This document shows, piece after piece, positions 40,560 to 54,300 of a DNA stretch of 64,000 nt (position 1 is the stretch's first letter; each line of letters begins with the position of its first letter). The DNA comes from Toensbergia leucococca (Eukaryota): NCBI GenBank assembly GCA_022813965.1, contig JALDZS010000120.1, positions 1 to 64,000 on the forward strand. Reading direction: 5' to 3'. Both the position numbers and the translations under genes were made by a program. The notes below the pieces were generated by a model that searched no databases, was not told the DNA's origin, and saw nothing but the letters and a program-made list of their open reading frames with translations.

Positions 40560-41492
40560 ATGGACGAGCGAGTCCATGTACCTGTAGATGATCCGAATGC
40601 AGATACCGAATGGTGCGTCTCCTCCATAACGAAGAAACTTCCCCTGCTATACTTAATTCAATTGCATAGGAATGATATCCTCCGCAAGCATGGCGTAATT
40701 CCTGAAAAGCCTCCATCCCCTACTCCTATCATCCAGGAGGCCCTTGAAGAAGCTCTAAAACAAGCCCACGAAAATAGGCTCCAAGGCAAAGACCTCGAAG
40801 AGCTAGATGAACTTGAAGACGAAGAAGACGAGGCCTTCCTGGAGAAATATCGGTAATTGTCACTGGACGTAGTGGCTGCTTTCAATGCTGATCAATCGCC
40901 GTTTGTAGAAAACAGCGCTTGGCTGAATTATCTACCATATCGACTGCGAGCATCTTCAATCAAGTCTATCATCTTCAAAAGCCCGACTACGCTCGAGACG
41001 TGACCGAAGCCTCACAAAAAGCATTCGTCTTGGTACATCTAACCTCTTCACTAGGTACGAATATCGAGTCTCGACTCTTGACGGAATTATGGCGAGAAAT
41101 GGCACGTTTGTTTGGAGACGTCAAATTCTGTGAGATTCGCGCGGATTTGTGTATTGAGGGATATCCGGAGCGCAATACGCCTACGATTCTAATATATCGA
41201 GACGGAGACATTAAGAAGCAAGTAGTCACGTTAAGAGAATTGAGAGGAGAAAGTACCGACATTCGAGGTACGTTCAGATTCAGTGCGCCTATCGCGTCCG
41301 CGTTCGCGCTGAACCTCATCTGGAAAAAGCTTACTAACCACCCCTGTAGCTCTCCAGAGGCTCCTGGTCAGTGTCGGTGCTGTTAAAGCGACAGATCATC
41401 GAGTTTTACAATCTATGCAGGCCGAAGAACAACGTGGTCATGGAAATTTACAGAGCGGTAAAAACGTGGAAGAAGACGATGACTGGGATTGA
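40560..41492 (+). CDS. plp2: Phosducin-like protein 2/3
   Basis: DPNADTEW-NDILRKHGVIP, CIEGYPERNTPTILIY, acidic DDDWD C-terminus. Three introns. Confidence 0.92.
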
Positions 41493-43001
41493 AATTATAC
41501 ATGACAGTCGCGTGACACATGCGAAGTACAGATCCGCCTGCACAGACCCAGTTCATCATAATCGGACGTATTCGGGTTGTGGCCTCCTGAGCGATGCATA
41601 AATTATTGTCGGTTATGCAGTCCTGATGCATACCCCAAGAAAAAGCCACGAGTTGCCAACAATTGCCTCGATCAAGGAAAGATCAGCGGAGCTTTCTCGC
41701 GTGATGTTACTGAAGAGGTCTTTGTACGAGCGTACATTATATGGCGGCTCTTTCAAAGGACCGGGCCGCTACAGGGCTATTAGCGGAAACATCAGCAAAT
41801 TTGGTTGCCTTTGTAACGTTGCTGCAGATGAATGAGGCACTAGGTTCTGATGTCCGTGCGAATCGACGATTACCGCCGATTTTCCTGAGACGGAGATATT
41901 GAAAACAAACTTTGGCGAAGAGCGGAATTCGTGGAGAGAGCTTGATGGAACTTGAAGAATTACGAACAGTGAATCGACTAGGATTGAAAATTTCTTCCAT
42001 CTAGATCTGTGGAGAGTCTGTCAAAGATTGAAGCTTGGGTATTTTTTCACAGAGAGAATAGTCTGGATCATATGATCGTATCTTTCATCCAAGCAGAATG
42101 TGTCGATTGCATTCAAAGTTGGATTTCAGGAGTGGACGTTTCGCCGTATTACTGCCGCTCCGCTTATTTGCTTCCCACTGGCAGGGACACCTCAGTCAAA
42201 ACAGCCAGACCTATGATTGATCAAATGTCCCATGGAGACCGCACTGTTCCTCTGTTTTTCTGGCTCGTCGTGGGGACTTTTTCTTGAATTTTGCTTGGAG
42301 GTAGTCGCTGGCGAGTTAGGAAGTTGCGGGAAAGTGTTTCGTGAGAGTGGCAGTGCCAATGAGCAGAAGCGCTTTGGCAGCCTTGCAAGATGCTTTTCAT
42401 GAGAAGTGATTTTAACATACAAGCGTATCCGCGATGGAGTCGCAAAGAGAAATGATGTCAAAGAGCCTACGGCCATGCAAATTAAAGTAGTACTACATGA
42501 GTTCAGGACATGGACACCCTTGACAGCACCAGTAGTTGAGATCGAGCAGAGGTAGATGAACAAATTGTAGTGTATAATGAGATAACTTGACTTTGAAAGG
42601 TGTGAGAGAAGGGAGGATAGAATGGGAGGGTAGGTAAAGGTCGATGAAGGTTTGATGTGGAATTAGAGTCAGATAGAGGACTTGTCAGACACGGCACATG
42701 TCCCAGCCCTAATCGTAGGTGGCCGCATTTTCCATCTGAATCGGCTGTCGGGCTTTTACACAGTCGCCAATCACCAGAACCCAAAGGCTGATCTGAAACT
42801 GGCAGGTCAGCAGTAGCAGCTACATTGCACTACCGCGGATTCGAAAAAGGCAATGCACGCTTTTCCATGTTCATCTGCAAGATACAAATACTCTGCTTCA
42901 GCCGCTGTAGCTACCATGATCACTACTCCACGTCTTCATCGTCGGTGACATCCCGACCATCCATCTTCCGTGATCACTGATCTTGCTGTTGCACACTCAT
43001 C

Positions 43002-44005
43002 ATGGATTACTCCTACTTCGCCCCTCCAGCTCCATCCTATCCCTTCCTTGGCATGCCACCCAAACCAGGTCATCCGTACACTCCGCAAGAGGAGGATCCT
43101 CACGGTCCGATAGTACGGGTATGCTACTTACACACGCAAACAAATGCGCTACTTACCGGCTGACTTGAACCCAGGATACATACCAAAACCAGAACACGTA
43201 CCATCAGTTCGACCAATCTTTCCGCTTCGAGCCCAATTCTTTAATTCACCAAGCTCAACCTCAATCACCTCCTCAGTCCTTGCACCGACAATCTGTCCCA
43301 AATACAATCCATCATGACAGTGGGAGTAGTTACGTTGCCGATCAAGAATCATACGACCAAGCTCAAGGCCGCAGTAGCAGTGAGGAAAAGGAAATGCTTA
43401 CCCCCGCCCAGAGCCGGCGGAAAGAACAGAATAGGGCTGCGTAAGACTTACTCACTCCTCCTTCTCTGTCAACCCAAACTGACCTCGGTTCCTTCTCCAG
43501 TCAACGTGCTTTTCGAGAACGTAAAGAGCGCCATGTCAAAGACCTGGAGAAAAAGCTCTCTTCAGTGTCCGCACAGTCCAATACACTTCTATCCGACAAC
43601 GAGCGCCTGAAGAGGGAACTCGAAAAACTCGCCACACAAAACGAAATTCTGCGCGCAACCACGACTCCCTTGCAACAAGCTCACCACAACATTCCCCCAC
43701 CTCCAGATTCTCCCATCTCCGGGCCTCTGAATTACATATTTACACCCAACGCCGATACCCCCGCAGTCCCCCACCGAATTGTATTTTCTCCAGCTACAGG
43801 CGAACGTTTGCTAGCGCCGGGTCCGACTTGGGATTTGATCCAAAGCCACGAGCTATATCAGCGAGGCATGTTGGACGTGGGGGATGTACTGGAGCGGCTT
43901 AAAGAGTCAGCAATGTGCGATGGCAGCGGGCCGGCTTTTGCAGAAGGGGCAGTCAAGCGGGCAATTGAGGAGAGTGTGCGAGGGGCAGGGGATGAGTTGA
44001 TCTAA
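43002..44005 (+). CDS. AP-1-like bZIP transcription factor (RsmA/Fcr3-like)
   Basis: PAQSRRKEQNRAA|QRAFRERKERHVKDLE basic region plus leucine zipper, and C-terminal WDLIQSH...CDGSGPAF. Introns at ~43117-43175 and 43442-43500. Confidence 0.88.
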
Positions 44006-45911
44006 AAAAATGAGGGACGTGATTTATATGATGGAAGGGGGTATGAAGAACGGGGAGAAAGGTGAATAATACCCGGCGTCTAAGTCTTACCGGGATCTAG
44101 TTGGGTGTGGAAAATGTTACCGAGGGCGAAGCAGATGCTGCTATCTATCCGGACGGGGGGCTGGGGGAGTTTATTAGGTATTGGAGTATTTATTATTGGC
44201 AGGGAGTGATGAAGGTCTTGATAGCTGTGTATCTGTATAGCATCTATTGGTTCTTGAAGAAAGGATATATACCCTAAAATGCTCAAATTCGCCTGCAAGA
44301 GATGTAGATGTAAATCTTTGGCTTTGGGGATTTCTGTTGAAGAACTGTTGTATGAAATTCAACTCGTCAGGTACGGATAATTGCAACGGATATGGGATGG
44401 TGCGTAAGATGTATACTTTTTGCGTATGTCTCAGCACAGCTATTCTAGAGTAGAAGATATGGAAGCCCCTGGTGTCCCGAAAGCCTCTCCCCCTCAACAG
44501 ACTCGTCAACACCCAAAAAATAAGAATAAAGCTCAAAACATGCACAAATCAACACTTCTCCTCCGCACAGGTCAACCCGTCAATCTCCTGACAAACCCTC
44601 TCACGATCATCTTTCCCCCCTAAATCTCGCCAACCAGCTCCACCTCTCCACACAACTCAATCTCCCCTCCTGAAGAGAGAGAATGGAAACCACCTGCTCC
44701 TCCCCTGCCTGCCAATACCCGGGGCACTCTCCTCTGCACCGCCTGCAAATCAACAAAATATTGCAGCAAATCCTGCCACAAATCGCACTGAAAATCTCAT
44801 AAATTATACCTGCAACCCTTCTTCCCAACCTGAAAAGTGCGTTCCTCATCCGCGCCTCCCCCTAAAATTCTCCGGAAGCCCGTCTTCGAAGACATCGCTG
44901 ATCAGATTGAGCTGATGCCTTTATAAAGACTGCGGCACGGAATGGGAGGAGAAGCGCGAATTTGAAAGAAAGGCTGGGCTGGACCAGTGTGGCCGAGGTG
45001 GGCAAGTTTTATTTAATCATATGGGCGCCGATGCGTGGTATTACTAATACTATGTCTACGGCGATCTTGCGGCGATCTTGCGGCTACTGCTGCTGCTTAA
45101 ACCGATGCAACGACGAAGAATGAGGCGGGGAGTTTGGTGTGTTATCGGGTTGTGTGTGGGGATGTGGCTGTTGTTAGATCGGGTCCGGTGGGGGGGGGAG
45201 TGGGCGGTGGAGTTTACGAAGGGGGAGTTTGTGCGTGTGGTGGAGTTTTCATTGGACGGGGGATCGGAGAGGGCTTTTTGGGCTGAGGGAGCGGAGTCGG
45301 GCGGGCGGTGAGGAAGTGGGGGTGAGGGATGGGGTTGGGAGATGGGAAGATGTGGGGGCGGTGGAATGGGTGCTGATGAAGTCGTTTTTGGGAATTGAGG
45401 AACTTAAGTAGAGGCGTGGATACTAACGACACTGATCTCTTTTTCATACGGTCCAAGCTCTTCCAGCATCTGTTCTATGCAGTGTGCCCCCCCATCCAAG
45501 AACCCATCCCCAAAAGTAGCAAAAATCAAAACCGCGTCACCTGAATACCCTCTCTGGATAAGGTAGATAGAATCTCGAGATGATCAATCCTCGTTATTTT
45601 TCACATTGCTACCAAGCCCTAACAGAGTAAACGAAAAAGGGAAGGCAACCACTGCACTCCGCCCTCCACCCTCTCACTCCCCCCTCGCGGAAAAGACCGC
45701 ACCGCTATTCTAAATAATCAAATAACCGCATTAGAATAGCGAGACGTGTGTCACAAAACAACTCCGCTGTCCAAAAAAAGAAAATTTTGGAGTTTCCTAT
45801 CGTTGTTTTCACATCTATCCGCACTTGGGCTCTTGATCATCTCCTTTTCTCCTGTTCTTCTTTTTGTGTTTTGTGAAAAGTTATTGTGATAAATAATGGG
45901 AAATGTTGTAA

Positions 45912-46001
45912 TCCGGTATGGTGTAGGGGTTAACATCGTCCGCTTTCAATCCTTCCATTGATGGTGCCGGACAGCCCCGGGTTCGATTCCCGGTACCGGA
46001 A
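45912..46001 (+). tRNA. tRNA-Glu (anticodon TTC) with 18-nt intron 45949-45966
   Basis: Acceptor stem TCCGGTA/TACCGGA, anticodon stem GTCCG/CGGAC, TTC at 45945-45947, T-loop GGTTCGATTCC. Confidence 0.95.
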
Positions 46002-46022
46002 TTAGAATATTTCCAGCGAAAC

Positions 46023-46090
46023 TTTTTTTGAAATTCTTTTTTGAGGGTTTTTTTTGAGGGTTTTTTTTGAGGGTTTTTTTTAATTTTTTT
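46023..46090 (+). terminator. Pol III oligo-T terminator extending into (GAGGG-Tn) repeats
   Basis: T7 run about 20 nt after the tRNA, followed by reiterated GAGGGTTTTTTTT. Confidence 0.75.
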
Positions 46091-46551
46091 GAGGGAGGGG
46101 GGGGTTTTTTGAAGGAAGATGTTGTGATTTTATTTTAGATGTTTTGTTTGTGTGTGTGTGTTTTTTGAGTGAGTGAAAAAATCACAGTGGTTATGAAGAC
46201 TTTGAATCTTAAGTCAGAAAGAAAAGAAGAGAGAAAAAGGGGATGTGATTCTTTGAGAAGGGGGGGGTTGAAGGTTGTTACTTTATCAGGTCAATTTTCC
46301 TCTACTATGTATAAAGGCAAATCTATCATTCTGATAATGAAATGCTCTCTGTTTGAGTCTCAGCATAACATTGGTTTCTTTTACAGTTATGTATAGTAGT
46401 GAGTGATCAGATTTAAACAGAAGTTCTACGGTTCCTTTTCATCATTGTTTTCCTCATAAGGTATGTTGCCCCCTTTTTTTTTGAAGAGGAATGTGGTAGA
46501 CAATGACGGTCAAATTGACTGCTCTGACATTGCCGCTGTTTGACCCATTGA

Positions 46552-48987
46552 CTACATCCACACGTCATCCCATCTCAAGCTGCGTTTATATCTCAGTGCA
46601 TGACACACGCAATTGTTGACTCGTCGTTCATAAATGGAGAACCCCTTTATAACCTCCGACTTTTCCACCTGACCCGTATGATCGTCGGCGACATTCCGCG
46701 TGTTGTGTCCGACTTTGAACGTATATCTCCCAACCAGAACCTTCGTGGGCCACGAGGCAGATTCGAAGACTGCTTGAATTAGATTCATCAGCATCAAGTC
46801 ACTACCTGTAACAAATATTCTCAGCTCCGTGGTTTCCACATGTTAGTTTTAATCTACCTTTAGCACCGACAAGGCTCGTTGTGATGGGGCGATACTCGGT
46901 ACGTCCACTGAACTTGGACTGATACGCATTTTGGCCAACTGTAAGATATGAGCTGAATGAACTGAAAAACCAAATCGAGACATAACTCACTTGGAAACAC
47001 GACTTGAGGAGCTTCCAGAATAGGAGATAGAAACTTTTCGCCGATGGCATGCGAGGTCGAGGGAGCCCTGTATTTCCTATTGAGAAATTTGACTCCACGT
47101 GGTTCTTGGGAACTTACTCATTTGGTGAGTCACGATACTTGGGCGTTCCCATTCCATATGGCATGATCATAACAGCATCTGAAAGAAGCTCGGAATTGGC
47201 CGCCATGATATTACTCTCAAACCAGCCACGAAAGACATCAAGCTCTGCCCAGCCCTGAGCATGCTCTTCCCTTGTAACGGTTTCTCCGATCCCCCTTAGG
47301 AAGTAGTTAGCAATTTTATCTTCATCTTCTTTGCACGGTTCTTACCATCGGAATGTCGCGACAGGTCCACCATAAGGATCCGTCCCAGTCTGCTCCCGAT
47401 ATTCCTTGCGAAACTTAGCAAATGAATGGAAATACTCATAACACATTGGCCAGAAAGCACTCTGCAACTGTCATTAATGTACTCAAGACACCAATTTAAA
47501 GATCACGAATACCTTGGACATGTATTCCATAAGGGGCTTTCCAAGAGCGGCTGCCGGTGGAGACACTGCCCACCGCTCCTTCAAGTCCAATTCAGTTCGT
47601 TTGACACCTAGATACTTTTCGAGAATGGAAATGAATTCCTCGACCATGGCTTGCTGGTTTGCGTTGCTGTGGGGGAAAAAGTCCTTTGGATACAAGATCT
47701 TTTTCGGAAAGACTCGATCATCTTTAAGGTCTAAAGTATTTGCTGCAAGATGGCGCAGATCCTGTATGCTACGGCCAAATAACCCGACCACGTCAAAGCG
47801 ACTATAAAGAAAGTCATTGGGAGACACACTTCACCCACGATGAAGAGAAGACTGACGGGCTTTTGGCCTGGATACCTTCCATGGAAGTTGTGCCAAAAGA
47901 AGGACGCAGCGAGAACAGTCCATTTGTAGTCGCAGGTGCACGAACACTGCCACCGGCTAGAAAAGTAAGCTGGACTGAAAAGTTTTGGAAGCTAGACCTT
48001 ACTGTCGCCCGCCATGGAGTAGTCCAACCATTCATATCCGGCCATTGAAGCAGCGGCTCCCGTGGAGCTACCAGAAGGGCTCTGGTACCGATCGCCACGT
48101 GGATTGATAGGACAGTGATAGTCGATCCACATATCCGTTGGTTCATCTGCCGACGCAAATGCAGTCATCTTTGTCTTGCCAACGATGATTGCGCCGAGAG
48201 AGATGAGTTTTTCTACGTAGTCGGCGCTATGATCTTCAGGACCGTAGAGCTGGGTGTAGGCCAGACTCATCATGGTTGTCTTCACTCCTTTGAGATGATA
48301 GCAATCCTTGATGCCTATTCGGGAGCCGTCTAGAGGCCGGCTCTCGGAGCGAGTAAAGTACAAGCGACTTGGGACCGCAACATGTTTTATAATGCCGTCA
48401 GGGGATAGACTGTTGAGCGGGAAGAAACTTGATTGGTTGGTAAGTCATGGTCCGAAACGAATCTAGATAGACTCACTTATTAGGAGCCGTTACATCGTCT
48501 GGTACTGTGGGAATGACAAATGCATTAAGGTCATCCTCATATAGGCGCCAAGCCTGATGAATGTCGTTGTTGACGAGGAAGTAGGGGCCAGACGGAAGAA
48601 GGCTGCGCTGACTCTCCGGCCGCGATTGAAAGACGTTTCTGAAGCGCTCAGATGCTTTCAGGTTCCAGACAAGGCTCTGCACACATTGCCCTGCTAGTAC
48701 TTGCAGAACTAGGGAGTGCTGGAAATGGTCTGAATAAACGTCATCAGTGTCCTTGAAGGATCTGATAAGTTCAAGGACATCATCTGTGCTGTTGATCGAA
48801 TTGGTGACTTGAATCACAACAGCAGGCGTGATGTTCTGGGAGATAGTCCCGTGCAAGGAGGCCTGATATTGTGAGCTTAGAACAGAGATTCCATGAGCTG
48901 ACTTACGACAACTTGAGGGTGTACATAGTATAGAACACCTCCCAATGCCTGTGTGGTGACTTTGTCGACTGTAGGGAAAGTAAGCAT
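46552..48987 (-). CDS. Amidase-signature family protein
   Basis: RIGIKDCYHLKG (catalytic Lys), GKTKMTAFA, SPSGSSTGAAAS, GD-GGSVRAPA. Multiple introns. Confidence 0.88.
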
Positions 48988-49982
48988 GATGGCAGCAGGT
49001 CAAAGTGGACTGGAGATTATTTACAGCCTGATGATGGCCGCCTCTAATTTATATCTTTGTCGTCCAGCGATTGTCGTGGTTTGAACCGCACAGCCTGATT
49101 AATGCAGTGTGCTTTTCTATCAACACCATCGACTGTCCCGTCATGGCCAAGCTGTCGAAATGCATGTTACGCCTCACTTGAAGTTCCATGATAATGAGAG
49201 ACGGCACGGCATTGGTTGAACTTTGTATAAATGGCGCGCCTCACTTACAAGGCTGAGAAGGATGGTCGGGCGCATATCATATAAACGGGATAGGTATAAT
49301 AGTGTGGGGGCTTGCCCGGTGCAGCCCATATCGCATCACTTCTATCAAGCATGAAAAATTTAATGTTAGCTTGATTGTGTGAGGATGTGCACAAAAAGAA
49401 TAAAGACTCTGATTGAAACATGAAATAATTGTTTGATAAGGTCTGATGTAAGTGTTGGCTTTAGCCTAGAGTACCGTTCCAACGGCCTCTAGTCACTAGA
49501 AAATGGAGCATTCAGGGCGTATTCACCTTCCGCCGGTCGTACCTCACCGGCGCCAAATGGGACTAAAGGTTCTCGACGTCCTCGGAGTCTTAGAAGTAAG
49601 GTAGGCGTCCAATTAAGGTAGCACCGTGCACGGGTAGGTACAAATTTCATCCGGTACAGTGTGCCGCATCTGGCTAGCTTGTTAAAATACTCCGTAGGCA
49701 CTTGTATTGCTTCTTTGTCACGGAGTATTCTATTTCCTATTTCCTAAACCCGATTTCCTATCCCCTATTTTCCTATTTTCCTATGTACTATTTCATATTC
49801 CTTCTCTGAAACTTCCTGTCTACTATGTACTGCTTACTATATAGTCGCTCTCTACTTTCTGTCGCACCTCTCTTCCATAATTTGCCTGCCGTTATAATCC
49901 TTGAATTTCTCTTTCCTGTCAAGGTGAATCCATCTCCGTCTCCTACTCTTCTTATATAATAACCTTATCGAACTTGACAACA

Positions 49983-50928
49983 ATGGCTTCTCACCTCCAA
50001 CCCCAGCTCAATCTATCCCTATTCCGCGGCTTCCAAGCCTCACCCACCTACGTCTGGTCGCCCTTCGTCACCAAACTCGAAGCCCGCCTGCGCTTCGGCG
50101 GCCTCTCCTACCGCAACGAAATGGGCTCCCCCTTTTCAGGCCCAAGGGGCAAGATCCCCTACGTTGTCATCTCGAAATCCGACTCTGCTAGCCCTGCCAC
50201 AACCATGGGGGATTCTACTCTTATTATTGGCAAGTTGGTCGAGGACGGCGTGATGGAGGATTTGAATGCGAAACTTGATCCGGTGGAGGAAGCGCATGAT
50301 TTGGCGCTGAGAGCGCTGTTGGAGGAGAAGGTTTATTGGTACCAGGTGTGTTGTGTAGGGAAATAGCTTCCAAAAGATTGACCGTCCGGCCGCCCGGCGT
50401 CCACTGACTCGATCTTCTCGTTGCCCCTTAGGCTTATGAGAGATGGCATGAGAACTATTATACCATGCGCCCGCACGTGCTCCAAGCACTGCCGTACCCT
50501 GTCCAGATTGTCGTCGGTCTACTAGCCTATCGTGAGAATATGAAGCGGCTCTATGGGCAAGGGACAGGGCGTTTCTCCGCCGAAGATATCGCCTCATTTC
50601 GAAGAGAGGTCTGGGAAAGCTTTGACGCGCTTCTCGCTGCCTCAAGAAGGAAAGCCAAGAACAACGAGACTTTTTGGGTTTTGGGGGGAGAAGGACCATC
50701 GGAAGCGGATGCCGTCGTCTTTGGCTTTGTTGCTGCAGTGCTGGTCTGCAAAGCGTATATTTCTCTCTCATTTTCCTCGACAATCTGTGGCGACTGGATA
50801 TGCTGATGCTGAGGGTCTCGATTAGGGCGCCTGAGTCTCAGAAGGTGGTACGAAACTTGCCTGCTGTGATGGATTATGCGACGAGGATCCATGAACAGTA
50901 TTTTCCGGATTATGAAAGCTGGGAGTAG
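49983..50928 (+). CDS. Metaxin/FAX-like glutathione S-transferase-fold protein
   Basis: WSPFVTKLEARLRF, PRGKIPY, GDSTLII, GPSEADAVVFGF. Two introns. Confidence 0.88.
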
Positions 50929-51350
50929 AGTACTGACTTAGTACCGCCACCCTGCGCAATGATCGGTATTCTTGCCCTGATAAGAACACGAGCCCATACG
51001 AGATATCCTACCTTGGGCCTTACGTTCTTGCAGTTGATACCAGGGTTTGAAGTGACCGGTCTGAGACTGGTTACTTCGTACCGACGGTGGCCCTCAAATC
51101 CATAGTGACTACCCACACAAGTGGTGGTCATGGGAACGCCTCAATATCACCGTAGTTTTTCTGATGAAATAAAAAAAAGCAAATGGTCTTTCGCCCAAGG
51201 CACCCGTCCGAAAAGGGGTGTCAATACATCACTACTCACTACCCTGATATTTCAGCGCATCTGTATGTCAAGAATAATCAGAGCAGTGGTTAATATCTTA
51301 GAGTTATTAAATGTTATAATAGAGGAGAATCTACTACTCTCAAAGTCATC

Positions 51351-54300
51351 TCAATATGCTTGAATTTTGCTCTCAATGTTAGTGTTTCTCACGCTGTCAC
51401 AATTGTTTTCAGAGCTAATAGATGTCACATTCTCATCATAAATAACAACAGCAGATGCAGCGTTTTCAGTGTCACTGACTTCAGCATCATCTGCGGTGGT
51501 GAAGGAAGTATCAGCGTCACTTAATTGCGGCGCAGTGTTCAATCCTTCTCAGTCGTAATGAATATCGTTGTGGGATCCGTTGCTTTCGTCAACACCAACG
51601 TTCTTCACTTGCTCGTTGAATCTATTTTCGTGGTTGTTGCTGTTGTCACATGCGGTAGCAATACCACTCATGGCCGCGTCGATGCTTTCAGGAGCATGGT
51701 TTTTCGTATGTGCATGCACATTTGCCGGGTCACCGCTATCGCTATCACTATCACTGCCTAAAAGCATTTCGCCGTTGAGCGTATCCATGACTGTGGCCGT
51801 GTGGGTTAAATGGTTTCCAGGTGGATCACTGTCTGAAACCTTAGACGCTTTGGCGGCTTCACCAGATGACTGCTGCTGTGTAAGCTGCACATTACTCAGA
51901 AGCTCCCTTTCATTTGATGAATTTGACGACTGTTTGCTTGCACACGTCTCTCTTTTCTCGGCCATTCTTGCAAATGCCTCGTCGATAATGGAGAATAATG
52001 GGGCATGCATCCTCTCTTGTCTCTCCAAAATAAGCTTTCTAGATTTGCGGATGAAGTGGGCGGCTTGAACACGACCTGGGATATCTAGAATCGGAGTCAG
52101 ATCTCTGTGCACATTGGGTAAATGCAACTTACCTTGTTTTTCGGACTCGTCTGATATCGACGCCTCCCACGCATCAATTTCTTTCTCCTTGTCCCGTAGA
52201 ATTTTTATGAGCTCATTGTTCTCACGCCTTTCAGCAATCTCTGCAGGTGTAAAGGTACAATGCCATACTAGAAATGGGTTTGCTCCTTTTTCGAGTAGAA
52301 GCTTGACCAAGTTCGGAAGCTCGTAAAGAGTCGCCAGTTGCAAAGGAGCCTCTCGGGACGTTTGGTCGGAATTCAGGCCAACGCTAGCGCCAATGAAAAG
52401 AGCTGCAAGTTCTTCACCTTCCTTGGATATGGTGAGCTTGATTTTATCTTTGATAATGGTGGCAACTTCATTCGTGGCTTCGTAACTCGCCAAAGTGTCC
52501 GTGAGAAGTTCTACTAGCATGGACTGTTCTTCATTACCGAACATCAACTTCAAACCCCCCCGGCATTCTATATAACGCATCAATGTCAGGAGGACAACGC
52601 AGGTATGACTAATATCAGCTCCATCAGCGCTACCGTTAGGTATCGCTATCGTCGTGTCAGTGTGCCTCAGGAGTGGCGCCGCCAGTATCATGTCGAGAGG
52701 TGTCTTGCCGCTGTAGTTGACAAGATCTCGGTCACCTTGCTTCTCTAGAAGTATCTCAACCATCTCCTTGGACTTGATTCGTGCTGCAATATTGAGCACC
52801 GTCTCATTCCCTGTGGTGGCTACTTGGTTGACATTTTCAGCAGTCACCAAAGTTCTGGCTATGTATACGAAATTGCACAGCACAGCCAGGTGAGGCCCCG
52901 GAAGTTGCAATATGCGCACTCGATTGGGATGAGGGTTAGTCCACATCCTCGCCACAAATTCCTGCAGAGTTCCCAAAGGCATCGCACCTTCTTTCAGAAG
53001 GGCGAGACATCTTCGGGTCAATCCATAAATTTTGTCTTCTGAAGGTGTACACCTTGTTGCATGATGACCCACATTGTTGACAGCATATTCGAGGAAAGGA
53101 AAAGTCTGTGCACGTGACTTTCTCTGTGCGAGGACTAGAGGTTTATCAAAATCCTTCAATACTAGAAAGTCGAGACACTGATTGGCAACGTATCCATGTC
53201 CAAGGTTCTTGTCTGTAAACCAGTCTCGGGGTATTTCCTCTCCAGCGGTCTCATGTCCGTCATGTTCACCTTCGGATTTTCCTAAGAACTCCTCGACAGT
53301 GTGATGCGCAAAGGCAATATGGCCAGAGCGCATGGTGAGTAGGCCGGCAGTAATGTTGATCAGTGTTTCCTCCGTGTCAATTCCGTCCTCGTCGAACCTC
53401 TCATCTCCATCTCTAACCGCAAGAGCCTGCTGTATACTCTCGAATGTCAATTGTCCCTTTGCGTAATGCACCAAAGAAAGGGCCGCAAGCGCTTTCTTGC
53501 GCAGCTCATACGATTGATTTCGAATGCGCTTCATCGACCTCTCATGGCTGTCACGAAGGTCTCAAGGTAGGTCATTGAGGGTATCTTTGAATTCCCGCAT
53601 GTTTCTCAAGCGCCGGAGATGCTCCAATCGCAATTCCGCAAGAAGAAAAACACCTTTCGTGTCCTTCGAAACTTCATCCACGATGTCCACTCGAACTTTG
53701 GCGTCTTTTTGGATTTTGTTGTCAAGATACTGAAAGAACCCTTCGTTGATGGCAGCCTCGACTCTGATTTTGACGTCCGCTTCCGCCGCCTGAAAGGGCA
53801 TCTCCGCCACTTCGACTCTCAAAAATCTGTCCGGACATCTCTCCCTCGATGTGACCAGAGCCCGGCAGGAGATTTGGCCATGATCTGCTTTGACCTTGTT
53901 CACGTTTTTCAAGATAGAAGTCACCTCGTTCATCACTCTATCAGGCTGCATTTGTCTCTCGTTTGACTTGGGTCCCGGATAGGTGATCTCATCCAATGCA
54001 TCAACGAGGATGAAAGACTTTCTCCGGCCAGCCAGAAGCTTGCAAAGCAGGTAGCGAAGAGATGACAGTGAAAGAGGTATTGAGCCAGAGTCATGCCTTT
54101 TCCATGCCTCTAAAACACATTCTGGCAGCGGTTCGTATTCTGACACTGCCGTCCTCACCATACAGGCGAGAATGTTTCTAGTTGATTGAACCTCCTGTTT
54201 TTCGTAGCTACAATACGTGTAGATGATGCTAGCTTCTTTGCCATAGAATTCGCGAAGTCGCTCAATGATGGCGTACACCAGTGTTGACTTGCAAGCTCCT

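Noticed and set aside
45375..45436. Plus-strand TGATGA...CTGA pair resembling a box C/D snoRNA
   Set aside because: No terminal stem or recognisable rRNA guide. Better explained as the complement of a minus-strand initiator.
53562..53564. A-to-I editing rescue of the NLR stop codon
   Set aside because: Known fungal stop-correcting editing mostly targets UAG with U at -1. This is UGA and the P-loop is also altered, so decay is more parsimonious.
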